A stretch of DNA of 64,000 nt from an uncultured Chloroflexia bacterium (GCA_963766735.1 CAVYBU010000007.1:288001-352000), one strand, 5' to 3'. Counted from the stretch's first letter, positions 30,190 to 45,995 are shown. The notes: generated by a model from the sequence alone, not told the origin. Made by a program: numbers and translations.

Positions 30190-30396
30190 ACCCGCCCCGA
30201 TGCGGTTCGACCCGGTCGGGCTCGCCGAGGCGCCGATCCCGTCATCTACCAGCCTGGTTGGTGTCGGACAAGGATTCGACACCCGGATCGTCGGCTGGGC
30301 GGGATGGGACGATGATCCCGTGCGTGAGACAACCACCGGGACGCCTATGCGCGCCTGGCACGAGCCCCAATCCGGACTTCCACCAGCGCGGCGGGT
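30190..30396. ncRNA. Candidate structured non-coding RNA (long interrupted hairpin, possibly 6S-like)
   Basis: Nested inverted repeats at 30190/30396, 30218/30367, 30249/30298 and 30260/30283, inside a ~490-bp gap with no convincing ORF. Confidence 0.35.
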
Positions 30397-30537
30397 AGGT
30401 GCACGACTTCCGGCGGTGTGGCGCGGATAGCACCAGCGGGGCTGGTGTGTGATGGAACCAGACCGGGTCGCCGTCCTGCGGGCAGGGTCGCCGGGGATCG
30501 AGATCGTCCGCGCTCTCGGGCCCCGCGATCGTCCGCG

Positions 30538-32147
30538 CTATCTGGCCCCGCGATCGTCCGCGCTACTGGCCCCGGCGGCGACTCGCTGGGCAGGCGTGGG
30601 GGTGGATGGGTCCGTGAGCAGCGCCAGATCTCGCGGCTGGACCCGGCGCCAGTCGGCGTCCGTCGTCGCGCCCTCGTACGCGCGCGCCCCCCGGAGCAGG
30701 GATGCCTCGGACCAGGGCGCGCCGATCATCTGGAGGCCGACGGGCAGGCCCTCCGAAAGGCCGCACGGGATCGAGATCGCGGGCAACCCGGCCATGCTGA
30801 CCGGCAGGGTGCAGGTGTCGGACAGGTACATCTGCACCGGGTCCGCGGTGCGGGCGCCGAGCGGGAAGGCGACGCTGGGTGAGGTCGGCGCCACCAGGGC
30901 GTCGAACCCGGCCGCCCACAGCATGTCGAAGTCCCGCTTGATCAGCGTCCGGACCTTCTGCGCCTTGAGGTAGAACGCGTCGTAGTAGCCGGCGGACAGC
31001 GCGTACGTGCCCAGCATGATCCGGCGCTTGACCTCTGGCCCGAAGCCCTGGCCTCGCGTGGCGAGGTAGTTCGCAAGGTAGTCGTCCCCGCCTCGGACGC
31101 TGTAGCCGAACCGGACGCCGTCGTAACGGGCGAGGTTGGCGGACGCCTCCGCCGGGGCGACGATGTAGTACGTGGCCAGGCCGTAGTCCGTGTGCGGGAG
31201 GCTGACCTCCTCCACCGTGGCACCGGCCGCCTCGAGGGACGCGACGGCCTCCCGGATGCGCGCCGCCACCCCGGGCTCCATGCCCTCGACGAAGTACTCC
31301 CTCGGCAGGCCGAAGCGCTTGCCCCGGAGCCACGACGCCGCCTCGTCGTCCGAGGCCGGGAGCCCGAGCAGGTCGTCGGGCACCGGCACCGGCGCGGAGG
31401 TGGAGTCCCGCTCGTCGCGCCCGGAGACCGCGTGAAGCAGCGCGGCGGCATCGCGCACGTCGCGACCGAGCGGTCCGACCTGGTCCAGCGAGCTCGCGAA
31501 GGCCACGATCCCGTACCGGCTCACTCGCCCGTAGGTCGGCTTCATCCCCACGATCCCGCACATCGCCGCCGGCTGGCGGACGGAGCCGCCGGTGTCCGTG
31601 CCGATGGACGAGCGGGGTCTGGTACGCCGCGACCGAGGCCGCGGACCCGCCGCTGGACCCGCCGGGGACGCGATCCAGGGCCCACGGGTTGGCCGTCGGC
31701 CCGAACGCGGAGTGCTCCGTGGAGGAGCCCATCGCAAACTCGTCCATGTTCGTCTTGCCCAGGATCACGGCCCCGGCATCCCGCAGGCTCTCCGTGATGT
31801 GGGCGTCGAACGGGGCGCGGTACCCCTCCAGGATGCGGGAGCCGGCCGTGCACTGGCCACCCTTGACGGATACGAGGTCCTTGAGCCCCACCGGGATGCC
31901 CAGCAGCGGGTGGAGTCGGTCCACCGCGCCGGCGCCCTCGCCGCGGGCGCCGGCCAGGCGAGCGTCGGCAACGTCCGCCTCGGCCAAGGCCCGCTCGTCG
32001 TCGATCGTCAGCCAGGCGTGGAGGCCGTGGTCGGTGCCTCGGGCGCGGGCGAGGTGCGCGGCCGTGAGCTCGCGCGAGGAGACGATCGCCGGCCCGGAGG
32101 CGGGCGGCCATCTGGTGCGCGGGCAGCGTCGTCGGGTCTGCCGTCAT
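30538..32147 (-). CDS. gatA: Asp/Glu-tRNA amidotransferase subunit A (frameshifts near 32085 and 31615, likely sequencing errors)
   Basis: '[15 protein letters not shown]', '[10 protein letters not shown]', '[12 protein letters not shown]' and '[16 protein letters not shown]' are spread over three frames. Confidence 0.92.
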
Positions 32148-32154
32148 CGGCCGC

Positions 32155-32451
32155 TCAGTCGCCGCCCAGGATCGCCGGGACGACGAAGAAGTCACCGTCG
32201 CGCTCGGGTGCGTTCGCCAGGACCGCGTCGGCCGCCAGGGATGGCCGGGCCACGTCCTCCCGGAGGATGTTCTCCAGCTCGATGACCTGCGCCGTGGGCG
32301 GGATCGCGTCGGTGTCCAGGTCCGCGAGCTTGGCGTACTGGTCCAGGATGTGGTTGAGCTGCCCCTCGAGCCGGGCGATCTCCTCGTCCGTGAGCCCGAG
32401 TCGGGCGAGGTGGGCAACGTGCTCGACATCGGCACGGGTAAGCGAGGCCAT
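32155..32451 (-). CDS. gatC: Asp/Glu-tRNA amidotransferase subunit C
   Basis: 'VEHVAHLARL...NILREDV...LANAP...FFVVPAI'. Confidence 0.95.
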   Translation of the reverse strand: MASLTRADVEHVAHLARLGLTDEEIARLEGQLNHILDQYAKLADLDTDAIPPTAQVIELENILREDVARPSLAADAVLANAPERDGDFFVVPAILGGD

Positions 32452-32568
32452 GGCGGGATGATACGCGGCCCGGATGCGACGGCCGGCGCGAGGACTGCCC
32501 GGAGAGTCCGCCCGGAGGACCCGCCGGACGCCGGCAATCGGTCGCCCAGGGGGGACGCCCCCTGACCC

Positions 32569-33526
32569 CTAGAGCGGACCGTGCGGTGGTCGGCGGCGTC
32601 TGGAGCTCCGGCGGCCACCCGGTCTGGTCGACCCGAGGCTGCGCGGCCGAGGCCGCGGCGGAGGGCCCGCCCTGCCCCTGCGAGGCGCCCAGGAACCGCG
32701 ACAGGAACTGGCGCGTGCGCTCCTCCTGCGGCCGGTCGATCACCTGCTCGGGCGGACCGATCTCGACGAAGACGCCCTCATCGATGAAGTAGACGCGGTC
32801 GGCCGCCTCGCGGGCGAACTGCCATCTCGTGCGTGACCACGATCATGGTCTGCGCCCTCGTGGGCCAGGTCCTCCATGACGTTGAGCACCTCGCCGACGA
32901 GCGACGGGTCAAGGGCCGACGTGGGCTCGTCGAAGAGCAGCACCTTGGGCTCCATCGTCAGCGCCCGGGCGATCGCGACGCGCTGGCTTCTGGCCGCCGG
33001 AGAGGCGCGCCGGGTACTCGTCGCGCTTGTCCTGACAGGCCCACCTTGTCGAGGTAGTTCTCCGCGAGCGCAACGGCCTCGCTTCCTCGACAGGCCCTTG
33101 ACGCGGATCGGGCCCTCGATGAGGTTGTCGATCACGGAGAGGTGCGGGAACAGGTTGAACTCCTGGAACACCATCCCGGCCTGGATCCGCATCTGGCGGA
33201 TCTGCTCGCGATGGTGGCCGGAGCGGCCGCCGAACGGCATCGCCTCGACCGGGTAGTTGCCGATGGTCACGGTGCCGGCGCTGGGCTCCTCGAGGAAGTT
33301 GATGCATCGCAGGAAGGTGCTCTTGCCGGACCCGGAGCGACCCAGGATCGCGATCGTCTCGCGCGGACAGACCGTCATGGAGCAGCCACGGAGCACGTGG
33401 TTGGTCCCGAAGTACTTCTCGATGTCGGTCGCGAGGACGATGGGATCCGAGCCCGCGGGCGTCAGGGCACCCGGGATTCGGAGGGGTGGATGACTGCTTG
33501 GCGGGGATAGCCGTGGCATTGCTCAC
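32569..33526 (-). CDS. Polar amino-acid ABC transporter ATP-binding protein (multiple frameshifts; ends approximate)
   Basis: GRSGSGKST, 'GMVFQEFNLFPH', 'LSGGQ' and 'LFDEPTSALDP' in shifting frames. Confidence 0.8.
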
Positions 33527-34386
33527 GGGGGTTCACCGCTCGATCGCCGACGGCCAGGCGCTTCTCGAGCCGGTCCTGGAAGTACGAGAGGACGATGGTC
33601 ATGGCCCAGTAGACGAGCGCCGCGACGATCAGCGTCTGGATCGACTTGTAGGTCGGCCGGCCGGCCGCCTGTGCCTTCCACAGGAGCTCGTGGACGCCGA
33701 TCACCGACACCAGCGAGGAGTCCTTGACCATCGAGATGAAGTCGTTGCCGATGGCCGGGATAATGATCCGGACCGCCTGCGGAACGACGATGCGCCGCAT
33801 GCGTGTCCGTCCGCTCATCCCCAGCGACTGCTGCCGCCTCCGTCTGGCCACGCGGAACGGCCTGGATGCCGGCCCGGAAGGTCTCGGTCATGTACGCGCC
33901 GTAGTTGAAGGCGAGCGCGATGATGCCGAGGACCTCCTTGGGCACGTCGTTGATGAACGGCAAGACCTGCGGCAAGGCGAGGTAGATGAACAGGATCTGC
34001 ACGAGAAGTGGGGTGCCGCGAACCATCGACACATAGAGCGTCGACAGCGAGTAGAGGATGGAGTTGGAGCTCAGGCGCCCCAGGGCGCCGACCACCGCGA
34101 ATGCGATCGCGAACGCGATGGAGATCACTGCGACGTAGATCGTGGTCGTGACGCCGCCGAGGATGTACGGCATCCACTCGGCCATGAAGGGGAAGTCGAC
34201 CTTCCCTGCCACGACGAGCGACGAGAGCGCGCCGCCGATGACGATCAGCCAAGTCGCGATGAAGATCAGCCGGAACCTGCGCTGCTGGCGCCGCCGCTGC
34301 TCGGCGATGGCCGCGACGATCGGGTTCGTCGCTTCGGCGGGAACGCCACCCACAGGCGCGCCCACTGCACCGCTCGCTGCTGTCAT
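33523..34386 (-). CDS. Polar amino-acid ABC transporter permease (frameshift near 33830)
   Basis: 'RGTPLLVQI', 'AYMTETFRAGIQAVPRGQTEAA', then 'PQAVRIIIPAIGNDFISMVKDSSL' in another frame. Confidence 0.85.
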   Translation of the reverse strand: MTAASGAVGAPVGGVPAEATNPIVAAIAEQRRRQQRRFRLIFIATWLIVIGGALSSLVVAGKVDFPFMAEWMPYILGGVTTTIYVAVISIAFAIAFAVVGALGRLSSNSILYSLSTLYVSMVRGTPLLVQILFIYLALPQVLPFINDVPKEVLGIIALAFNYGAYMTETFRAGIQAVPRGQTEAAAVAGDERTDTHAAHRRSAGGPDHYPGHRQRLHLDGQGLLAGVGDRRPRAPVEGTGGRPADLQVDPDADRRGARLLGHDHRPLVLPGPAREAPGRRRSSGEPP

Positions 34387-34410
34387 TGCGTCCTCCCGTC
34401 GCCTAACGAG

Positions 34411-34440
34411 AACGGGGGCGTCCGTTCGGACACCCCCGTT
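34411..34440. terminator. Stem-loop between the binding-protein and permease genes
   Basis: AACGGGGGCGTCCG-TT-CGGACACCCCCGTT. Confidence 0.6.
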
Positions 34441-34460
34441 GGGTTACGTGCTCCGTGGCG

Positions 34461-35399
34461 TCAGCCGGACGGATCGACCGTGAGGTCCCCGCCGAACCAC
34501 TTCTCGGAGAAGGCCTTCAGCGTCCCGTCGGCACGCATCTCTTCCAGGATCCCGTTGACTCGCAGGACCATGTCCGTCGGATCGGGACCGCTCTTGTCGA
34601 AGGCGACACCAAGCGGCTCCGAGAACACCGGGTCACCGACGGCCACCAGCGGCAGGCCCTCGGCGATGGCCGCATCGACGGTCGTCTTGGAGCTGAGCCA
34701 GCCCTCGAAGTCCTTGCGGCCGGCCTTCCACGTCTCGGCGCACAGCCGGTCTGTGGTCAGGGTCGTGGCCGTTGAGCCCTCGGGGGGCTTGGCGGTCGGG
34801 GTGTAGCTCCCGAGGTCGAGCGTGCCCTGCATCCAGTCGTAGTAGGTGGTGGCCTCGCCGACGCAGATGGTCTTGCCGGCAAGACCCTCGAGCGTCGTGA
34901 TGCCGGATTCGGTCGAGGCGGCCATCTGGGCGGGGGTGTAGTAATACGGATTGCTGAACGCCAGGACCTGCTCACGCGGGGTCGTGATCGTCATCGAACC
35001 CACGCTGAAGTCCCAGCGCGCGCCCCACGAGCCGGCCGTCAGGAGGTTCCAGTCGGGTGTTTCGAAGGCAATATCGACGCCGAGCCGCTTCGCGATCTCG
35101 GTCCCCACGTCGATGTCGAAGCCCTCGTACGTCCCGTCGGACTTGATCTCGGACTGGGGTGGGTACTGCGGATCGGTCGACATCTTGATCGTGCCGGCCG
35201 TGAGCACCTTGTCGAGCAGGCCGCCGGCGATCGGCCCGGCACTCGGCGCCTCGGTGGGTGCCATGGATTCGGCGGCGCTCGGGGCGGCGTCGGTCGGCGG
35301 GGCGGCCGTCGGCGGTGCCGGGGTGGCTGCCCCACCGCTACAGGCGGCGACGAGCACGGCCGTGGTGCCAAGTAGGACTAGGCGTCCTCGTAGGGACAT
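34461..35399 (-). CDS. Polar amino-acid ABC substrate-binding lipoprotein
   Basis: Lipobox VAAC; 'YPPQS...GFDIDV...SMTIT..R...FSNPYY'; AGGAGG RBS. Confidence 0.9.
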   Translation of the reverse strand: MSLRGRLVLLGTTAVLVAACSGGAATPAPPTAAPPTDAAPSAAESMAPTEAPSAGPIAGGLLDKVLTAGTIKMSTDPQYPPQSEIKSDGTYEGFDIDVGTEIAKRLGVDIAFETPDWNLLTAGSWGARWDFSVGSMTITTPREQVLAFSNPYYYTPAQMAASTESGITTLEGLAGKTICVGEATTYYDWMQGTLDLGSYTPTAKPPEGSTATTLTTDRLCAETWKAGRKDFEGWLSSKTTVDAAIAEGLPLVAVGDPVFSEPLGVAFDKSGPDPTDMVLRVNGILEEMRADGTLKAFSEKWFGGDLTVDPSG

Positions 35400-35575
35400 T
35401 CGCTCCTCCTTCACGGGGCATCGCCCGACATACAAGGCGTCGCCTGATTGCGCCCCATTATGTGCCGGTCGGAGGCCAACGCGAGCAAGGGCCGAACGGC
35501 CCCCCGTGCCAAAGGCGCGCCTGAGAGCCGGCGTCAGGCCGGCACCGTCGGTGTCCCGCGGCGGCCGTTCCGGCC

Positions 35576-39203
<3,628 letters not shown>

Positions 39204-39270
39204 GTTCCGCAGCATATGTCCCGGGGCGACGACATGGCATGCACGCCGGAGCTCCGCCAGCACACGTGCC

Positions 39271-39638
39271 TCAGCGAAGGCGGAGGCCCGCGCCGATCGC
39301 GGCTCCCCCGTGGAGTGCCAGGGCGGCGCCGACCAGCATCGTGCAGGCCTCGCCTCTGGTGTCGGCCGAGGTGGACGCCCATGCCCCGATGAGCAGGACG
39401 CCTGTCACGTCGCCGCCACGCCCACGACGCCCAGACCCAGACGGATCGGGTCCGCCGGGCGCACGAGGAATGCCACGGCAGCAGCAACCGCGGCCAGGTC
39501 AACGGCCGTCACGATCGCCCACACGACCACGTTGTCCGGATCCCGAACGGGCAGCACGAACACCATGACGGAGACCAGCCACAGCCCGACCAGCGCGGCC
39601 ACGATGGTCGTCGCCGCCAGGGCGCCTCGCCGGGTCAG
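39271..39638 (-). CDS. Small multi-TM membrane protein (frameshift near 39408; possible CTG start)
   Basis: Hydrophobic frame 'TRRGALAATTIV...' continues as 'TGVLLIGAW...GLRLR' after a 1-nt shift. Confidence 0.45.
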
Positions 39639-42331
39639 CCGATGACCTCGAGGTTCGCGAGGCTGGCGAGCATCGTCTTGCGGCCGACGGACAGGTCCTT
39701 GAAGCCGACCATCACCTCCTCGTCGTCCCGAGTCAGCTTCGAGGTGATCACGATGCCGTCGCCCCACCGGGCGTGGCGCACGCGGTCCCCGTCGCGGTAG
39801 CGGCGTTGCCCGGGGACGATCGGCCGGGGCGGGATCGCCGCTCGCGGCTGTGGCTGCGGCGACAGTGATCCCGACGGCGCCCCCGCTGCGAACGCGTCGC
39901 GCTTCGCGCCCAGGTCCCTCGTCGGCCGGAACGTCTCCCCGGCCTGCGGCGCCCCCGGTCGCCCGCTTCCCTGCCGGTAGGCACCTCCGCCGGCCCGGAC
40001 GCCGGCCCCGAACCGTGACCCCCGCTCGCGGAACACGACGTCCGGGTCGAGGTCTGCGCCCATCTCGCCCCCGCCCTGGAGCCGCGGCCCGGACATCAGC
40101 TCCGGCGGGATCTCCAGCAGGAACCGGGACGGAATGCTCATGCCGCCGCCGCCCCACGTCGCGCGGCGCCAGGCGTGGGAGAGGAACAGCCGCCGCTTGG
40201 CGCGGGTGATGCCGACGTACGCGAGCCGGCGCTCCTCCTCCAGCTCCTTCTCGTCGTCCAGGGCCCGGTTGTGCGGGAAGAGACCCTCCTCCATGCCGGC
40301 GATGAACACGACCGGGAACTCCAGGCCCTTGGCGGCATGGAGCGTGATGAGCGTCACCGCATCGGCCTCGCCCTCGTACGTGTCCTGGTCCGCCACCAGC
40401 GCCGTCTCCTCCAGGAGTCGGTCCAGGGCATCCTCGGGTGAGAGGTCCTCGTAGCGCAACGTGACCTCGCGCAGCTCGAGCAGGTTCGCCCAGCGGTCCT
40501 CGCCTTCCTCGGAACCGTCCGCGAGCATCGCCCGGTAGCCGGACGTCTCGAGGATCTCGTCCAGCAGCTCCGGCAGCGGCAGCACCCCGATCCGCTTCCG
40601 CAGCCTCCGAACCAGCGCCACGAATTCGCCGAGGGCCGTCCGGATGCGCGGCCCCAGTCCCTCCACGGAGCCGGCAGCGCCCGCCTCGACCGCCGCCCAG
40701 ACGTCGTCGCCGTGCCTCACCGCGTAGCGCCGCAGCGCCTCCACGCTCTTCTCGCCCACACCGCGCGCCGGGACGTTGATGATCCGCTCGAACGAGACGA
40801 CGTCCGTGTCCGATCTGAGCACCCGAAGGTAGGCCAGCGCGTCCTTGACCTCGCGCCGCTGGTAGAAACGCGTGCCGCCGACCAGCTGGTAGCGAATCCC
40901 ATAACGGAGGAACGCCTCCTCGATGGCGCGGGACTGCGCGTTCATCCGGTACATCACGGCCACGCCCTTGGGCCGGAACCGCGTGGACTCGTCGTCGTCG
41001 GCCCGGCGGGTCAGCAGGGAACCGCGGCCGGTTGAACCCACCAGGCCCTCCACCTGGCGGGCGATCCACTCGGCCTCCTCGTCCTCGTTGTAGGCCTCGA
41101 AGCGCTGGATCGGCACGCCGCCCTGGTTGTTCGTCCAGAGCTTCTTGTCCGTGCGGCGTTCGTTGCGCGAGACCACGGAGTGCGCCGCGTCCAGGATCAG
41201 CTGCGTGGAACGGTAGTTCTGCTCCAGCTTCACGACCGTGACGTCGGGGTAGTCGCGCTCGAAGTCGAGGATGTTCTGCACGTTGGCGCCGCGCCAGCCG
41301 TAGATCGACTGGTCGTCGTCCCCCACCACGCACAGGTTCCGGTGGGCCGCGGCGAGGGCCCGCACCCACAGGTACTGCGGCCGGTTGGTGTCCTGGTACT
41401 CGTCCACATGGAGGTAGCGCCAGCGGGCCTGGTACTTCTCCAGCACCTCGGGCGCACCCTCGAACAGCTCCACCGCACGCAGGAGCAGGTCGTCGAAGTC
41501 GAGCGCGATCGCGGCGCGGAGTCGCTCCCGGTAGCGGGCCGCCAGCTTCGCGATGACCCGCTCCTTGTGCGTCGTCGCGTTCTCGGCGAGAAACACGTCG
41601 TCGAGCATCTCGTTCTTGGCCCGGCTGATGGCACCCAGGATCGCGGCCGGACGGAACTCGCCCGTGGCAGGCAGGTCCTCCTCGGCCAGGATCCGCTTCA
41701 TCAGCTGCTGCTGGTCGTCCGTGTCGTAGATGACGAAGCGCCGGTCGAGCCCGATCGCCTCTCCGTCGCGCCGCAGGACACGTGCGCACAGGGCGTGGAA
41801 GGTTCCGGCCTCCACCTCCTTGCCCTGTTCCCCGACCAGGGCGATGATCCGCTCCCGGAGCTCACCGGCTGCCCGGTTCGTGAAGGTCACGGCGAGGATC
41901 CGGCGCGGCTGGACCGCCTTCACGCCGATGAGATACGCGATCCGGTGGGCGACCACGCGCGTCTTGCCGGACCCCGCTCCGGCCAGGATCAGGAGGGGGC
42001 CGTCCGTGGTGGTGACCGCCCGGGCCTGTTCCGGGTTGAGGTTCGTGACGATCTCGTCGGCGCGGGCGGCGCGGCGCTCCGCGAGCGCGGCGGCCACAGC
42101 CGCGGGGTCCAGGGCGGGCGCGGTGCCAACCTCGGGTTCCGGGGGCGCGTCCCGAAGCCATTCCGGCTCCTCCGGCGGGGCCGGCTCGGGTTGTGCCGGC
42201 TGATCCGAACCGCCGGTTCCGGCACCCGGGTCAGCGTCCGACCCGAAGTCCAGCCACGTGCCCTGGACGTCGGGCTCCGCGGCACGGGTGCGACGGCGCT
42301 TCGCGGGCTGGCCGGAAGGGGTGGGACTCAC
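39635..42331 (-). CDS. pcrA: ATP-dependent DNA helicase PcrA/UvrD
   Basis: 'LAGAGSGKT', 'VDEYQDTN', 'GDDDQSIY', 'HAAKGLEF', 'EERRLAYVGITRA', C-terminal Tudor-like domain. Confidence 0.95.
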   Translation of the reverse strand: MSPTPSGQPAKRRRTRAAEPDVQGTWLDFGSDADPGAGTGGSDQPAQPEPAPPEEPEWLRDAPPEPEVGTAPALDPAAVAAALAERRAARADEIVTNLNPEQARAVTTTDGPLLILAGAGSGKTRVVAHRIAYLIGVKAVQPRRILAVTFTNRAAGELRERIIALVGEQGKEVEAGTFHALCARVLRRDGEAIGLDRRFVIYDTDDQQQLMKRILAEEDLPATGEFRPAAILGAISRAKNEMLDDVFLAENATTHKERVIAKLAARYRERLRAAIALDFDDLLLRAVELFEGAPEVLEKYQARWRYLHVDEYQDTNRPQYLWVRALAAAHRNLCVVGDDDQSIYGWRGANVQNILDFERDYPDVTVVKLEQNYRSTQLILDAAHSVVSRNERRTDKKLWTNNQGGVPIQRFEAYNEDEEAEWIARQVEGLVGSTGRGSLLTRRADDDESTRFRPKGVAVMYRMNAQSRAIEEAFLRYGIRYQLVGGTRFYQRREVKDALAYLRVLRSDTDVVSFERIINVPARGVGEKSVEALRRYAVRHGDDVWAAVEAGAAGSVEGLGPRIRTALGEFVALVRRLRKRIGVLPLPELLDEILETSGYRAMLADGSEEGEDRWANLLELREVTLRYEDLSPEDALDRLLEETALVADQDTYEGEADAVTLITLHAAKGLEFPVVFIAGMEEGLFPHNRALDDEKELEEERRLAYVGITRAKRRLFLSHAWRRATWGGGGMSIPSRFLLEIPPELMSGPRLQGGGEMGADLDPDVVFRERGSRFGAGVRAGGGAYRQGSGRPGAPQAGETFRPTRDLGAKRDAFAAGAPSGSLSPQPQPRAAIPPRPIVPGQRRYRDGDRVRHARWGDGIVITSKLTRDDEEVMVGFKDLSVGRKTMLASLANLEVIG

Positions 42332-42354
42332 CCGCCCATTCTAGGTTGGGCGGC

Positions 42355-43191
42355 TCACTCCGGGCTCACGGGCGGCTCATCGATCCGGACTGGTGCGTCC
42401 CAGTCCCAGAACCTGAGCACGAGCCGCAGGTCGATCGTTCCGTCCTCCGAGGCCGCGATCACGCTGAGTGAGGTCGGGCGCAGCGTGAGCGCGTCCGTCC
42501 GAAGCGTGACGACGGTTGAGACGGGGGGCACCGTGGCGTCGGACGCACCGGGCAGCATTCCCGTCAGGATGCCGGCCGGATCGGTCCCTGCCTCCAGGCG
42601 GACCTCGTGACAGCGACCCGAGGCGCTGCCGCACGCGACGTCCGTCGTCGTTGGCGTCCGGCCGCTGCTGTCCAGATAGGAGCGAAGGCGGTCCACGAGC
42701 GTGAGGGGGTTGATGTCCACGCCGGTATCGGACGTCGCCTCCACGACCGGAGCCTGTTGCCACGGGCCACCCCCGTTCCGATACCAGGCCGTCGTCCAGA
42801 CGGTGATCGTCTCGAGGTCCACGCCAAGGGGAAGCGCCCTGATGCGCGCCCTTGTGCGGGCGTCGCGAGGCCGCAGATCTGCGGTGAGCTGTGTCCCGGC
42901 GAGGTCAACCTCGGCCTCGTCCCGCTCCAGGAGCGTGCCCGGCAGGGTGCCCTCGAGCGTGCCGTCGACATGGACGGAGGCTGCATCGAGGGTCGCCTGG
43001 AGCGAGCGAGCGATCATCTCGCCCGGGTCGGTGACCTGGTCCGGCGGCACCACGCCCGCGAGTGGCCCGATGCCGACCGCGCGACCCACGCCCGCCGCCA
43101 CCACCAGCAGGAGGACGAGCGTGAGGGCACCCTGAACCGCGCCGCCGATCAGCGGGCGGCGACGGACCGTTGGCGGCGTCGGGCGGCTCAG
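42355..43191 (-). CDS. Membrane-anchored hypothetical protein (possible LppX/LprAFG-like fold); start uncertain
   Basis: N-terminal TM, beta-rich body, C-terminal 'FWDWDAPVRIDEPP'. Confidence 0.55.
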   Translation of the reverse strand: MSRPTPPTVRRRPLIGGAVQGALTLVLLLVVAAGVGRAVGIGPLAGVVPPDQVTDPGEMIARSLQATLDAASVHVDGTLEGTLPGTLLERDEAEVDLAGTQLTADLRPRDARTRARIRALPLGVDLETITVWTTAWYRNGGGPWQQAPVVEATSDTGVDINPLTLVDRLRSYLDSSGRTPTTTDVACGSASGRCHEVRLEAGTDPAGILTGMLPGASDATVPPVSTVVTLRTDALTLRPTSLSVIAASEDGTIDLRLVLRFWDWDAPVRIDEPPVSPE

Positions 43192-43652
43192 CCGGGTGCG
43201 CCCGGAGGAGGAGGCGGAACGGACCCAGGAGAGCCGAACGAGGTGGGCTGCCCACCGTACTGACCCGGCGCGCCGTACTGCCCGGCGGGAGCCCCGTATC
43301 CGCCGGGAGCGCCGTAGGCCGGGTAGCCCCCGGACGGTCCCACGGGTCCAAGGGCTTCGACCTGCATCTCGATACCGCCGACCCAGCCCGCGGCCAGGTT
43401 GTAGATGGCACAAGCGATGGCCGTCACGATCCAGCCGATCACCGCGTAGATGGCGGCCCCGAACAGGCCGAACAGCAGCACCCCGGCAACGCCCGCCCCG
43501 AACCCGGCAAACCCGCCGTCCGGCACCATCGACACGCCGATGATCGCCAGCGGGAACAGGATCACCAGCGTCACGATGAGCGTCATCACCGCATACATGG
43601 CCGCGGCCACGGTCGCCGTCTTGACGATTCCAAAGCGCCGGATGCGGATCAT
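43188..43652 (-). CDS. DUF3566-like membrane protein with G/P/Y-rich tail
   Basis: Two TMs and 'IYNLAAGWVGGIE' motif. Confidence 0.7.
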   Translation of the reverse strand: MIRIRRFGIVKTATVAAAMYAVMTLIVTLVILFPLAIIGVSMVPDGGFAGFGAGVAGVLLFGLFGAAIYAVIGWIVTAIACAIYNLAAGWVGGIEMQVEALGPVGPSGGYPAYGAPGGYGAPAGQYGAPGQYGGQPTSFGSPGSVPPPPPGAPG

Positions 43653-43729
43653 CGAGGCCTCCTGGCAGGTTTCGGGGTGGCCCGAGTGTACGCCCGCGGA
43701 CGCGACGCTCCGCAGCAGGCGGGACGCAG

Positions 43730-43764
43730 AACGGCCCCCGGAGGCGGTGCCTCCGGGGGCCGTT
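43730..43764 (-). terminator. Terminator hairpin after groEL
   Basis: AACGGCCCCCGGAGGC-GGT-GCCTCCGGGGGCCGTT. Confidence 0.8.
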
Positions 43765-43783
43765 GGTTGTCGCGAGGTTCGGA

Positions 43784-45454
<1,671 letters not shown>

Positions 45455-45491
45455 TCAGGCGCCGGCGAGTCGGTGCCGGCGGTGCGCCGCG

Positions 45492-45800
45492 TCAGTCCTC
45501 GACGATCGCGAGGATGTCCTTCTGGCTGACGATGAGGAGATCCTCGGCGTCGACCTTGAACTCGGTCCCGGCGTACTTCGCGTACAGGACCTTGTCGCCG
45601 ACGGCGACATCCATGGTCTCGCGGGATCCGTCGTCGAGGATCTTGCCGGGGCCTGCGGAGAGGACGACGCCCTCCTGGGGCTTCTCCTTCGCGGTATCCG
45701 GCAGGACGATGCCCGACTTCGTCATCTCCTCACGCGGGGTGGGCTTGATGACGAGGCGGTCGCCCAGCGGGCGGAGCTTCGTCGAAGAGGCGGTGGCCAA
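45492..45800 (-). CDS. groS: Co-chaperonin GroES
   Basis: 'LRPLGDR...[16 protein letters not shown]'. Confidence 0.97.
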   Translation of the reverse strand: MATASSTKLRPLGDRLVIKPTPREEMTKSGIVLPDTAKEKPQEGVVLSAGPGKILDDGSRETMDVAVGDKVLYAKYAGTEFKVDAEDLLIVSQKDILAIVED

Positions 45801-45995
45801 GGTGCATTCCTCCTGTGGCGGCCGCGACCGGCCGCCTGTGGCCTATGACATGGGTCGGGTCGACCGGGCAGGCCGCGGACGCCCCGTGTTGCTCTTGGTC
45901 GAGTGCTGGGCCAGGTTCGCGAGCGGGGGCCTGTGCCGCCGGATGCTTTCCCCGTGGGGTTCCGGCCGGGCCCCAGCGGATCGCGTTCCGCTGGA

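Noticed and set aside
30242-30433. 63-aa ORF in the gatA-aminotransferase gap
   Set aside because: No RBS or recognisable motif; the region is better explained as structured non-coding sequence
30538-32147. gatA pseudogene or programmed frameshift
   Set aside because: All motifs are intact, no slippery signal is evident and neighbouring genes show similar indels, so sequencing error is more likely
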